Below, in pieces: positions 18,682 to 28,500 of a DNA stretch of 64,000 nt (position 1 is its first letter; every line of letters starts with the position of its first letter). Both the position numbers and the translations under genes were made by a program. Below the pieces are notes generated by a model that saw only the letters and a list, made by a program, of their open reading frames with translations, was not told the DNA's origin and made no database searches. Origin of the DNA: Roseimaritima ulvae (GTDB taxonomy: Bacteria > Planctomycetota > Planctomycetia > Pirellulales > Pirellulaceae); NCBI RefSeq assembly GCF_008065135.1, contig NZ_CP042914.1, positions 3,699,404 through 3,763,403 of the forward strand, given 5' to 3'.

Positions 18682-20631
18682 ATGGCACAAGGTGAAAAAA
18701 TCATCGGGATCGACTTGGGCACGACCAACAGCGTTGTCGCTGTGATGGAAGGCAGTGAGCCCAAGGTGATTCCGAACCCGGAAGGCAATCGGCTGACCCC
18801 TAGTGTGGTCGCCTTTACCGACAACGCCGACACGATTGTGGGCGAGCCGGCACGGCGTCAGGCCGTGACCAACCCCACACGTACCGTCTACAGCGTGAAA
18901 CGCTTCATCGGTCGTCGACATAACGAAGTCGAAGGCGAAGAGAAGATGGTGCCCTATGGCGTCACCGGTGCGGCCGGCGAATACGTCAAAATTAAAGTGG
19001 GTGACAAAGAACACACGCCGCAAGAAATCTCGGCCAAAGTGCTCCGAAAACTCAAGGAGTCCGCTGAGTCGTACTTGGGGCACAAAGTCAACAAAGCCGT
19101 GATCACCGTTCCGGCTTATTTTAACGACAGCCAGCGACAAGCCACCAAAGATGCCGGGCAGATCGCCGGATTGGAAGTCGCGCGAATCATCAACGAACCG
19201 ACCGCCGCCGCCTTGGCGTACGGTTTGGACAAGAAGAAAGACGAAAAGATTGTCGTCTTCGACCTCGGGGGCGGTACCTTCGACGTCTCGGTGCTGGAAG
19301 TTGCCGATAGCGGTGATGACGATTCCAGCAGCCGTGTGTTCCAGGTGGTCAGCACCTCGGGCGATACGCACCTCGGTGGTGACGACTTCGACGAAGCGTT
19401 GATTCACCATGTGGCCGACAAATTCAAAGCCGAAAGCGGCGTCGATTTGCGTAGCGACCCGATGGCTCTGCAGCGTTTGCAGGAAGCCTGCGAGAAAGCC
19501 AAGAAAGAACTCAGCACGCTGCCGCAAACCGACATCAACCTGCCCTTCATCACGATGGACTCGGCCGGTCAGCCTAAGCACCTGACGATGTCGATCTCCC
19601 GCTCGACCTTTGAAGAGCTGATCGATGATCTGGTGCAACGCTGCAAGAAGCCGCTGATGCAGGCCCTGCAGGACGCCGGCATGCAACCTTCCGACATCGA
19701 TGAAATCGTGTTGGTCGGTGGTAGCACGCGAGTTCCCAAGGTGCGCGCCGTGGTTAAAGAAGTCTTTGGCAAGGAACCGCACCAGGGCGTCAACCCAGAC
19801 GAAGTGGTGGCCGTGGGCGCCGCGATCCAAGGGGCCGTGTTGGCCGGCGATCGTACCGACGTGCTGCTGCTGGACGTGACGCCGTTGACCCTGGGTATCG
19901 AAACCGAAGGCGGCGTGCTGACGCCCCTGGTCGAACGCAACACCACGGTCCCGGTCGAGAAGAAGAACGTGTTTAGTACGGCGGCCGACGGACAATCCGC
20001 GGTTACCGTGCGCGTCTTCCAGGGCGAGCGGAAAATGGCCAACGCCAACCGCCTGCTGGGTGAATTTAACCTCGAAGGCATTCCGCCGGCACCGCGTGGA
20101 ACCCCGCAGATCGAAGTCAAATTCGACATCGACCAAAACGGCATCCTGAGCGTTTCCGCGAAGGAACTCGGTACCGGTAAAGAAGCCTCGGTGACGATCA
20201 ACGAAGCCGCCGGGTTGGACGAATCGGAAATCGAGCAGATGCGCAAAGACGCGGAAGCCAACGCCGATGAAGACCGCCGTCAGTTCGAGTTGGCCGAAGC
20301 TCGCAACAAGGCCAACAACATGACCTATCAGTTGGAAAAACTGATGAAGGACAATGACGAGAAGTTGACCGATGACGACAAGGCACCGCTGGAACAGGCG
20401 ATCGAAAAGGTGAAGAAAGCCGCTGAAGGCGACGACACCGCTGCGATCAAGCAAGCGACCGACGAACTCGAAGCCGCTTCGCAAGCCTTCACCAAGGTGC
20501 TGTACGAAAAAGGCGGCAGCGAAACCGCTGGTGCCGAGGGCGGAGCGGCCGCAGCCGGAAGTGCCGCGGCAGCCGACGCCGATGGCGCCGACGACGACGC
20601 CATCGACGCCGAGTTCGAAGTCAAAGACTAA
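18682..20631 (+). CDS. dnaK: Chaperone DnaK (Hsp70)
   Basis: It has [18 protein letters not shown] and the Hsp70 signature. An AGGAGAA Shine-Dalgarno sequence lies 8 nt upstream of the ATG. Confidence 0.95.
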   Translation: MAQGEKIIGIDLGTTNSVVAVMEGSEPKVIPNPEGNRLTPSVVAFTDNADTIVGEPARRQAVTNPTRTVYSVKRFIGRRHNEVEGEEKMVPYGVTGAAGEYVKIKVGDKEHTPQEISAKVLRKLKESAESYLGHKVNKAVITVPAYFNDSQRQATKDAGQIAGLEVARIINEPTAAALAYGLDKKKDEKIVVFDLGGGTFDVSVLEVADSGDDDSSSRVFQVVSTSGDTHLGGDDFDEALIHHVADKFKAESGVDLRSDPMALQRLQEACEKAKKELSTLPQTDINLPFITMDSAGQPKHLTMSISRSTFEELIDDLVQRCKKPLMQALQDAGMQPSDIDEIVLVGGSTRVPKVRAVVKEVFGKEPHQGVNPDEVVAVGAAIQGAVLAGDRTDVLLLDVTPLTLGIETEGGVLTPLVERNTTVPVEKKNVFSTAADGQSAVTVRVFQGERKMANANRLLGEFNLEGIPPAPRGTPQIEVKFDIDQNGILSVSAKELGTGKEASVTINEAAGLDESEIEQMRKDAEANADEDRRQFELAEARNKANNMTYQLEKLMKDNDEKLTDDDKAPLEQAIEKVKKAAEGDDTAAIKQATDELEAASQAFTKVLYEKGGSETAGAEGGAAAAGSAAAADADGADDDAIDAEFEVKD

Positions 20632-20659
20632 TCGTCCGACCTCGAATGGATTCAGCCAA

Positions 20660-20693
20660 CGCAGCCGCTCGGATGAGCGGCTGCGTTTTTTTG
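20660..20693 (+). terminator. Rho-independent terminator of dnaK
   Basis: The sequence is cgcagccgctc-ggat-gagcggctgcg followed by TTTTTTT. Confidence 0.8.
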
Positions 20694-20823
20694 TTGGTTG
20701 TTGGTTGTTGGTTGGGAGTTCTCGTTTAACCCGTAGCCGCAGGCGCCGGCGCATACGTCAACGGCCGCCGCGGGCCGCTCTCCGAACCGTGGCATCGAAC
20801 GCGGCGGGAAAATCTGAAATCTG

Positions 20824-20864
20824 CTGACTCTACCGGACGCGTACAAAGATTCCGGTAGAGTCAG
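20824..20864. other. 14-bp perfect inverted repeat (ctgactctaccgga ... tccggtagagtcag) immediately upstream of the microsatellite
   Basis: Read directly from the sequence. No T-run follows, so it is not a classic terminator. Confidence 0.6.
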
Positions 20865-20865
20865 G

Positions 20866-21054
20866 AAATCTCAAATCTCAAATCTCAAATCTCAAATCTC
20901 AAATCTCAGATCTGAGATCTCAGATCTGAGATCTCAGATCTCAGATCTCAGATCTCAGATCTCAGATCTCAGATCTCAGATCTCAGATCTCAGATCTCAA
21001 ATCCCAAATCCCAAATCCCAAATCTCAAATCCCAAATCCCAAATCCCAAATCCC
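20866..21054. repeat. Heptanucleotide microsatellite, about 27 units: (AAATCTC)5, (AGATCTG/AGATCTC)~14, (AAATCCC/AAATCTC)~8
   Basis: It is a perfect 7-bp periodicity over 189 bp. The central block is a run of overlapping BglII-type palindromes (agatct). Confidence 0.9.
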
Positions 21055-21062
21055 TCCAACAA

Positions 21063-21107
21063 CCAAACTCTGGCGAGTTCGGCTACGCCTTACCATTCGG
21101 CTACGCC
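21063..21107. repeat. REP-B copy plus a partial copy (- orientation)
   Basis: The sequence is ccaaactctggcgagttcggctacg ... ccattcggctacgcc. Confidence 0.65.
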
Positions 21108-21122
21108 TTACCAACCACCAAC

Positions 21123-21138
21123 TGGCACGCCACTTGCA
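21123..21138 (+). promoter_or_regulatory. Candidate sigma-54 (-24/-12) promoter TGGCAC-N5-TTGCA, 67 nt upstream of the clpB ATG
   Basis: The sequence is cTGGCACgccacTTGCAt, a perfect match to the core RpoN consensus. Confidence 0.5.
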
Positions 21139-21204
21139 TCTTCTTCTGTTCGCTTCCAGCCCTGCCAATTTCGGTAACGGCTCCCTACGATGAGGAACGA
21201 CTCC

Positions 21205-23886
21205 ATGGCTTTTCAATTCGATAAATTGACCGTCAAAGCTCAGGAAGCTGTGGCGGCCGCCCAGTCCAAATCCAGCTCCGCCGGCAACCCGGAAATGGAC
21301 CCTTTGCACTTGCTGCTGGCGCTGTTGGAACAGAACGATGGGATTGCCGGACCGCTGCTCAGTCGCACCGGAGCCGACGTTGCTCAACTGACCAGTTTGG
21401 CAACCGCTGAAATCGACAAGCTGCCCAAGGTGACCGGAGGTCGGCAGCCGCAGGTCGGCCCGGCGCTGCACCGGGTGCTTGAAGCGGCCGCCGAAAAATC
21501 CAAACAGATGAAGGACGAATTTGTCAGTAGCGAACATCTGTTGCTGGCGATGGCGGAAACCGACAACAAAGCCAAGAACTTGCTGCAACTGGTCGGCGTC
21601 GACGGTAACGATCTGTTGACCGCATTGGCACAGGTTCGCGGTTCAGCGCGCGTTACGGATCAGAACGCCGAAGACACCTATCAAGCTTTGCAGAAATACG
21701 GCATCGATCTGGTCGACCTGGCTCAGCAGGGCAAGCTGGATCCGGTGATCGGCCGTGACGATGAAATCCGCCGCGTGATCCAAGTCCTCTCGCGACGCAC
21801 CAAAAACAATCCGGTCCTGATCGGCCAACCCGGCGTCGGTAAGACGGCCATCGCCGAAGGTCTGGCGTTGCGAATCGTTGAAGGCGATGTGCCCAACAGC
21901 TTGAAGAACAAAAAGGTCGTGGCCCTGGATATGGGGGCCTTGGTTGCCGGTGCTAAATTCCGCGGCGACTTTGAAGAACGACTGAAATCCGTGCTGCGGG
22001 AAGTCAAAGACGCCGACGGCCAGGTGATCCTGTTTATCGACGAATTGCATCTGGTCGTGGGTGCGGGCAAAGCCGAAGGATCCGCGGATGCAGCTAACCT
22101 GCTGAAACCCGAGCTGGCTCGCGGCGTGCTTCGCTGCATCGGTGCCACCACGATGGACGAATACCGTCAGCACATCGAGAAAGATGCCGCGCTGGCTCGC
22201 CGCTTTCAACCGGTATATGTCGGCGAACCCAACGTTGAGGACACCATCGCCATCCTTCGCGGACTCAAACCCCGCTACGAAGCTCACCACGGCGTCCGCA
22301 TCACCGACAGCGCCATCGTAGCGGCGGCCGGTTTGTCGAATCGTTACATCACTGATCGCTTCCTGCCGGACAAAGCCATCGATTTGGTCGACGAAGCGGC
22401 CAGCCGGTTGGCGATGGAAAAAGAGAGCGTTCCCGAACCCATCGATCAGGTGCAACGCCGGATCCAACAACTGGAACTGGCCGATCGCCAATTAGCCGAC
22501 GAAGCCGACGCTTCGGCCGTGGCTCGACGCGATGCGATCCGCGAAGAAATGGAGACGCTGCGATCCGAATTGGCCAGCTTGCGCGAACAGTGGGAAGCCG
22601 AAAAGATGGGCTTGGACGACGTCCAGTCGCTGCGCAAAGAGTTGGAGCAGTTGGATCATCAGTTCCGCACGGAAGAATCCGAGTTGAGAAACCGTCAAGC
22701 CAGCGGCCAACCGGTTGCGGAAACCGAATACCAACGCTTGTTCGAACTGGACCAACAGCGACGCCAGCTAAACGCTCGGCTGGAAACGCTGGAAGATCAG
22801 GTTAAAGAACAGGACGACGATGGCGGGGAAGATGAAACCTCGGCCACGCGGCGACTGCTTCGCAAAGAGGTTACCGACGAGGAAATTGCCGAAGTCGTCA
22901 GCGCATGGACCGGCGTTCCGGTGCACCGCATGATGGAAGCCGAACGGGCCAAATTGCTGGTCATGGAAGAACGCTTGCATCAACGCGTGGTCGGCCAAGA
23001 CGAAGCGGTCACGGCGATCTCCGATGCCGTGCGTCGCAGCCGCAGTGGACTGCAAGACCCCAATCGACCCATCGGCTCGTTCCTGTTCCTGGGCCCCACC
23101 GGCGTCGGCAAAACCGAAGTCTGCAAAGCCCTGGCGCAGATCATGTTCGACGACGAATCCGCCATGGTGCGGATCGACATGAGCGAATTCATGGAACGTC
23201 ACAGCGTGGCCCGACTGATCGGTGCCCCTCCCGGATACGTTGGGTACGAAGAGGGCGGCAAGCTGACCGAAACGGTCCGGCGACGCCCCTACTGCGTTAT
23301 CCTGCTGGACGAAATGGAAAAGGCGCACCCCGACGTGTTCAACGTCTTGTTGCAGGTCCTGGACGATGGTCGCCTGACCGATGGACAGGGCCGCACCGTC
23401 GATTTCACCAACACCGTGATCGTGATGACCAGCAACGTCGGCAGTCAGGTGATCCAAAAGATCGCCTCCGAAGGCGGTACGCAAGACGAACTGCGGGAAG
23501 CCATCGAGGAACCATTGCGTTCGCGTTTCCTACCGGAGTTCCTCAACCGGATCGACGAAACCGTGGTCTTCCAACCTTTGCATCGGGACCAGATCCGCGA
23601 CATCGTGCGAATCCAACTGCGGCACTTGACCGAACGTTTGGAAGAGGCCGGGTTGAAGCTGGAAGTCACCGAAGCGGCGGTCCAACAGATCGCCAACGAG
23701 GGCTACGAACCGGCTTATGGAGCGAGACCGTTGAAACGGGTGATCCAACGCGAAGTCCAAAACCCCTTGGCTACCGCGCTGCTGCGTGAGTCGTACAAGG
23801 AAGGCACCACGATCGTGGTCGACTACGCCGACGACGCCTTCACGTTCACGGCGCAAGAAGCCCCGGTCGAAGCGACGGCAAGCTAA
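21205..23886 (+). CDS. clpB: Chaperone ClpB (AAA+ disaggregase, two NBDs with coiled-coil middle domain). The start at MAFQFDKLT (21205) is preferred over the ORF-track 21190.
   Basis: It has both Walker A motifs ([16 protein letters not shown]), sensor and arginine-finger motifs, and an M-domain coiled coil. Confidence 0.95.
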   Translation: MAFQFDKLTVKAQEAVAAAQSKSSSAGNPEMDPLHLLLALLEQNDGIAGPLLSRTGADVAQLTSLATAEIDKLPKVTGGRQPQVGPALHRVLEAAAEKSKQMKDEFVSSEHLLLAMAETDNKAKNLLQLVGVDGNDLLTALAQVRGSARVTDQNAEDTYQALQKYGIDLVDLAQQGKLDPVIGRDDEIRRVIQVLSRRTKNNPVLIGQPGVGKTAIAEGLALRIVEGDVPNSLKNKKVVALDMGALVAGAKFRGDFEERLKSVLREVKDADGQVILFIDELHLVVGAGKAEGSADAANLLKPELARGVLRCIGATTMDEYRQHIEKDAALARRFQPVYVGEPNVEDTIAILRGLKPRYEAHHGVRITDSAIVAAAGLSNRYITDRFLPDKAIDLVDEAASRLAMEKESVPEPIDQVQRRIQQLELADRQLADEADASAVARRDAIREEMETLRSELASLREQWEAEKMGLDDVQSLRKELEQLDHQFRTEESELRNRQASGQPVAETEYQRLFELDQQRRQLNARLETLEDQVKEQDDDGGEDETSATRRLLRKEVTDEEIAEVVSAWTGVPVHRMMEAERAKLLVMEERLHQRVVGQDEAVTAISDAVRRSRSGLQDPNRPIGSFLFLGPTGVGKTEVCKALAQIMFDDESAMVRIDMSEFMERHSVARLIGAPPGYVGYEEGGKLTETVRRRPYCVILLDEMEKAHPDVFNVLLQVLDDGRLTDGQGRTVDFTNTVIVMTSNVGSQVIQKIASEGGTQDELREAIEEPLRSRFLPEFLNRIDETVVFQPLHRDQIRDIVRIQLRHLTERLEEAGLKLEVTEAAVQQIANEGYEPAYGARPLKRVIQREVQNPLATALLRESYKEGTTIVVDYADDAFTFTAQEAPVEATAS

Positions 23887-23906
23887 AGTAGCATGGGCCC
23901 CTGGCC

Positions 23907-25437
23907 CTGCTGATTACCCAATTTTTAGTGAACGGATGATTTTGGAGGCCCGAAGGCTTGCCAGGCTAAGGCGAAGTCCATCATTCGGCGAGTTCCACGC
24001 CAGATCGTTTCCATTCCTGGTGGGCCGTCGTGTTTGCGTCCATTGTAGCCACCTAGCTGAGCAAGCACGGGGATGAATTGCGAGAGTTCGGGAGCTGATT
24101 TCGGCGGCTCCGATTCCTTAGCGACTTTCCAAACCGACTTCCATTCAGCGTCGCTGAATACAACATCGCATGGCAACTCAGGACACTCGCGTCCGAGGAA
24201 TGTGATAAACATGATCCGCCATGCAACAACTTTGTAAAACATCAACGCGCGAATCAGCCTGGCTTTGGTTTTCAGCTGGATGTCCTCAACGCGGCATCCC
24301 GATTTGAGTACTCGGAAGAACATTTCGACAGGCCACCGTGCGACGTAGTAGTCAACAATCCGCAATACATCTCGGTAATCGTCAATCGGAAGGGAGCTCA
24401 ATAGCAGCCAGTTCAGGTCGGTTCCATCCTGCGGCCCGTCGACCTCTTGAACGAGCACTACGCTGAGCGTCACTTCCGGAATAGCCGAGCGTCGTGCATG
24501 GGGCGGTTTTATCTTTGTGCGAATGGCACGGATTTCTAGAGTGGCCATTCGGGCGGCACGTTGGGCAGTGGCTGGCAACTCGACTTGCCGCGTTGTAACG
24601 AGATCTGTTTTTGCAACTTCGGATCGGATCTTCTTGTAGCTGTCGCCACCGGCTTCGTCGTCTTTTTCAGGCAAACACCGGACTTGCTTGCTGCGAATCA
24701 CGAAGTCGGCCGGATTATCGTGCTGTTCAGCTTCAACAAAGATGTCGTAGATGTCACCTTCGCGATCCGCTAAAGAAACAACTTGAGTCTCCGGGCACTG
24801 TGAGGCCAATTCACAGCATCGGCGATAGCCTTGAAGCCATCGAAAACTTTCCTTCTCTTCGATCGGATCACTCTTCCGTTGACTGCCCTTTCCTAGGCTG
24901 TCTTCACTACGATCAAAGAACTCCACATCCAGCACGCCCAGACAAAGCTTCTCGGGCGTAAAGGCTACAGAGCTATGGTCATACAATCCCCGTCGGTCTG
25001 CCATGTTTAGGCACTTCACATCGTCGGGGGCGTGACCGTTGAAGTCTAACTCCGTCGTGTCTTGGGCCACGCAAACCACCTTCTGGGACTTGATCCGCTT
25101 GATCGTCGCCCGACGGTGCGCAGCAAGAATTTCCTGGCTATCGGCCTTGGGGTTATCCAAGAACCGGTAAGCCCCTTTCGCAGCACACCATTTATCGCAA
25201 GCCGCATTAATGCTCGCTTGAGGATTGGCGAAGAGGGCCTGGAGAAGTTCTTTCGATCGATCGTTACGGCTTTTATGGCCGAAGTCGATGGTGTCAAATT
25301 CGTGCTCAATCGTGGCTGGTTCAATGGTCATCAATCGCGCTCCTATCGTGTAAAAATAGGTAACACGAGGCGCAAAAAGCGTGCCGAAATCGCGGTGTTT
25401 TTTTGCGATTTCAAAAAAAGAATTGGGTAATCAGCAG
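23907..25437 (-). mobile_element. Intact IS4-family insertion sequence (~1531 bp). It has 16-bp perfect terminal inverted repeats CTGCTGATTACCCAAT and is inserted into a REP-A copy with a ~10-bp target duplication (GCCCCTGGCC).
   Basis: IRL sits at 23907-23922 and IRR (reverse complement) at 25422-25437. The left flank is gtagcatgggcccctggcc and the right flank gcccctggcccgtgt, which together reconstruct one REP-A unit plus a duplicated segment. Confidence 0.8.
23925..25334 (-). CDS. IS4-family DDE transposase (469 aa, apparently intact)
   Basis: The C-terminal YYVARWPVEMFFRVLK gives the IS4-family Y-(2)-R-(3)-E-(6)-K signature. A DDE-type acidic residue context lies upstream. Confidence 0.8.
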   Translation of the reverse strand: MMTIEPATIEHEFDTIDFGHKSRNDRSKELLQALFANPQASINAACDKWCAAKGAYRFLDNPKADSQEILAAHRRATIKRIKSQKVVCVAQDTTELDFNGHAPDDVKCLNMADRRGLYDHSSVAFTPEKLCLGVLDVEFFDRSEDSLGKGSQRKSDPIEEKESFRWLQGYRRCCELASQCPETQVVSLADREGDIYDIFVEAEQHDNPADFVIRSKQVRCLPEKDDEAGGDSYKKIRSEVAKTDLVTTRQVELPATAQRAARMATLEIRAIRTKIKPPHARRSAIPEVTLSVVLVQEVDGPQDGTDLNWLLLSSLPIDDYRDVLRIVDYYVARWPVEMFFRVLKSGCRVEDIQLKTKARLIRALMFYKVVAWRIMFITFLGRECPELPCDVVFSDAEWKSVWKVAKESEPPKSAPELSQFIPVLAQLGGYNGRKHDGPPGMETIWRGTRRMMDFALAWQAFGPPKSSVH

Positions 25438-25575
25438 GCCCCTGGCCCGTGTAAAAAAGACGTCTCTCCTTCTCCAGAACACGGGCCGGGGACCCATGCT
25501 ACGGTTTCCAGAACACGGGCCGGGGACCCATGCTACGGCTTCCAGAACACGGGCCGGGGACCCATGCTACGGGGA
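25438..25575. repeat. REP-A remnant at the IS junction plus three tandem REP-A copies (ccagaacacgggccggggacccatgctacgg x3). The last GTAG supplies the TAG stop of the giant ATPase gene.
   Basis: Read directly. The spacers between copies (ttccagaa) are identical, so this is not a CRISPR array. Confidence 0.75.
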
Positions 25576-28500
25576 ATCGGAGGCGTCTTCTAGTTCATTG
25601 CGGATGCGATCGTAATCCGCCAGCGTGCTTTCAATCAGCTTTTTCAGGTCATCCAGCTGCCGGCCGTTTTCACCCGCTTCCAACATCAATGGCCGCATCC
25701 ATTCTTGCATCAGATGGAACTGGCCGCGGACCAAGTCCAGCATCACCCGCGGCACCTTGTGCTGTACGATCACATTCTGATCCGGTGGGTTGGATGCCTG
25801 GAATTCGCTGATCTGTTGCAGCTGCTTCGACGTTTTGTTGATGGCTTCGGTCAGTTGCTGTCCGGCGTTCGAAAAACTCTGCCGCAGGCCGTCGACGCGT
25901 TCATCCATTCGAACTTCGGCGGAATCGTCGTGCGCTGCCACCGCTCGCGCGATGACTTGTCGGATGGATTCCAGTCCGTCGCGCATCGAACCCAATTGAC
26001 GCATCAGCTGACCGGCCTGGTCGTCAGAATCCAGGCCCGCCATTTTGACACTTTCCACATAGGCGTACTTGATCGCTTCCCAACGCTCTTTCTCTTCCTT
26101 GGTCAGCAACCCATTCAGCTCTTTGAACTTCAGCACGTTGGATTCATTGTCGGTCGTCAACGTCTGAGCGTCTTGTTCGTAGTTGCCGATGATCAAAGCC
26201 TGCAATTCATCCTCGTTCATCACCGCCACCACGCGTTCTGCGATGCGATTCATATTGCGGTAGCTGCCCTGTAATTTAAATGGCGGTTCGGTGCGATAGG
26301 CATCGGCTTGGGCAGCGGAGCGAATGTATTGACGATTGACCTTCAACACACAATCGCGGACCTTCAACAGCTTCTTCAGAACTTCGAACATCTCCCGCAC
26401 TTGGTCGGCCGAGAAACTGCTTTCCATCTCCAGCCCGTCCAGCGAATTGCGTTCGGCGGCGTGAATCAGAGCACGGGCGTCGCTGGGCGAAGCGGAAGCC
26501 AAGGGAGCCAAGACGGTGTTGCTGGTCAGGCAGTTTTCCAAGTAGCTGATTTCGAAGGCGTCGCGTGATTCGCCAATGATCTCGCCCAAGTTGTACACGT
26601 CGGCACGGTTGGACAACATGTCGGGGATCTGGAACCGGGCGCCGCTTTCGGTATACGGATTACCGGCCATCACCACCGCGACACGACGGCCTCGCAGGTC
26701 AAACGTCCGTGTCCGTCCGTTACGAACACCTTCGATTTTCCGGGTCGCGTCGCACAGCGAAATAAACTTCTGCAGGAACTCGGGATGCGTGTGCTGGATG
26801 TCGTCCAAGTACAGCAACACGTTGTCGCCCATCTCCAACGCCAGATTTAATCGTTCGACTTCTTCTCGAGCCGCCGCGTTGGGAGCTTCGTCCGGATCGA
26901 GCGACGTGACGTTATGGCCGATCGCGGGACCGTTGATTTTCATGAATACCAATCCCAATCGATTGGCGATGTATTCCATCAACGTTGTTTTACCGTAACC
27001 GGGTGGACTGATCAGCAGCAACAAGCCCATGCGGTCGGTGCGTTTACCTTCGCCGGTAACGCCGATTTGTTTGGCGAGGTTATCGCCGATCAGCGGCAGG
27101 TAGACTTCATCCAATAGTTGATTGCGGACAAAGCTGGTCAACACCCGCGGGCGGAACTCTTCCAGCCGCATGTCGTCTCGAGCTTCGTCGACCAATCGCA
27201 GCTTGGTGGTTTGCAAACGCTCGTAGCGCGGCACTACTTCGCTGCGGTACCGTCCCACGCGTTCCAGCAGTTCGTGGTACTGGACCGTTAGTTGCCCTTT
27301 TTGAATCCGCGGGTGAGCTCCGGCCAGACCTTCAAGGCGAACGGCGATGTTGACGTCCTGAGCGACAAATTCCTGGTCATCCGCAAACGCGATCCGTATG
27401 GCCAATTCGTCGCGGTAGGCCTCCACCGGATCCAGCGCATCGGTCTGTGGATGAGCGGCCAAAAACGCGTCGGCCCAGTTGCGTCCCAACACAAACGCCT
27501 GCAGCGGATGATCCGCATTCGCTTCGATGGACTGTTCCAACAAGCGACGTCGATCGATGGCGGGCAAGCTGTCGTTGAAAGCGGTTAACAGGGCCGCGAC
27601 ACGCCCGCTGCAGGTAAGGTGATTGGCGGGATCGACCAATTGATCAAACAGGTACGCCGCAATTTCTTCGGCCCCGACTTGCGGGAACAGCTCGGTCCAA
27701 GACAGCGACGAGGCGTCCCGGGGCGTGTGTTCGGCGGTCGGATCGTTCAACAACCGCACCAATCGTTGACGGAATTCGCGAGCCGGTTGAGCGTTGGGAT
27801 AGGCGCGCGCCAGATTAGCGAAACCACCGATCCACTCGGTCAACTGCTCGCGGAGCTGCGGATCGAGCAACCGCAGCCACCACAGCCACGCGGCAGCGCG
27901 GACCGTGGGCCGATGACGCAGCAGGCCGATTTTGTTGTCGATATCAATCAGCGTTGTCAGGATCGCCAACGCGTCGTGATCATGAACGCCCTTGGCATAA
28001 CCTTCGGCAAAGCGCCCGCTGATTTGCTGCCGCAGCCAATTGTCATCCACGGCCGGACGAGCCTGTCGCTCAATCGCTCGCCACTGCTGAAACAAATCCA
28101 CGGCAAGGTATTCGGCTCGGTATAGTTCATTGTTTTCATTCGCCAAGTCCTGCGTCCACAAGTCCTCAGCGGCTTGCAAATCTTCATGCACCAGAGGTTC
28201 AAAAAACTGCGTGCCCGTCAGGTGCAAACAGATCTGTTGGTCGCGCAATACCGTGGTCAGATCCAGCTTTTGCGTGTTGACTGCAAACCGATGCCGCCCC
28301 AGCCGGATCGTATCGCCACCATCTTCGTACAGATCCTGGCGATCCTTCAACTGACGCAACGAATCTTCGCGGATCGTTTTCAGCCGGCTTTGGATATCTT
28401 CCACGCGGACGGCATCATCCAATTCCATCAGATTGGTGACGATGCCGCGGATCTTGTCGACCATCAAGTCGGCGGCGAAATAGGCCAAAATCTCATCCGC

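Noticed and set aside
20691-20718. Short ttggttg tandem repeat after the dnaK terminator
   Set aside because: There are only ~4 units. It lies within the terminator's T-tract context and is unlikely to be functional.
25467-25575. Three evenly spaced ~33-bp direct repeats that look superficially like a mini CRISPR array
   Set aside because: The units are REP-A copies. The intervening segments (ttccagaa) are identical and only ~8 bp long, so there are no unique spacers. No cas genes are present, and the same unit is scattered singly through the window.
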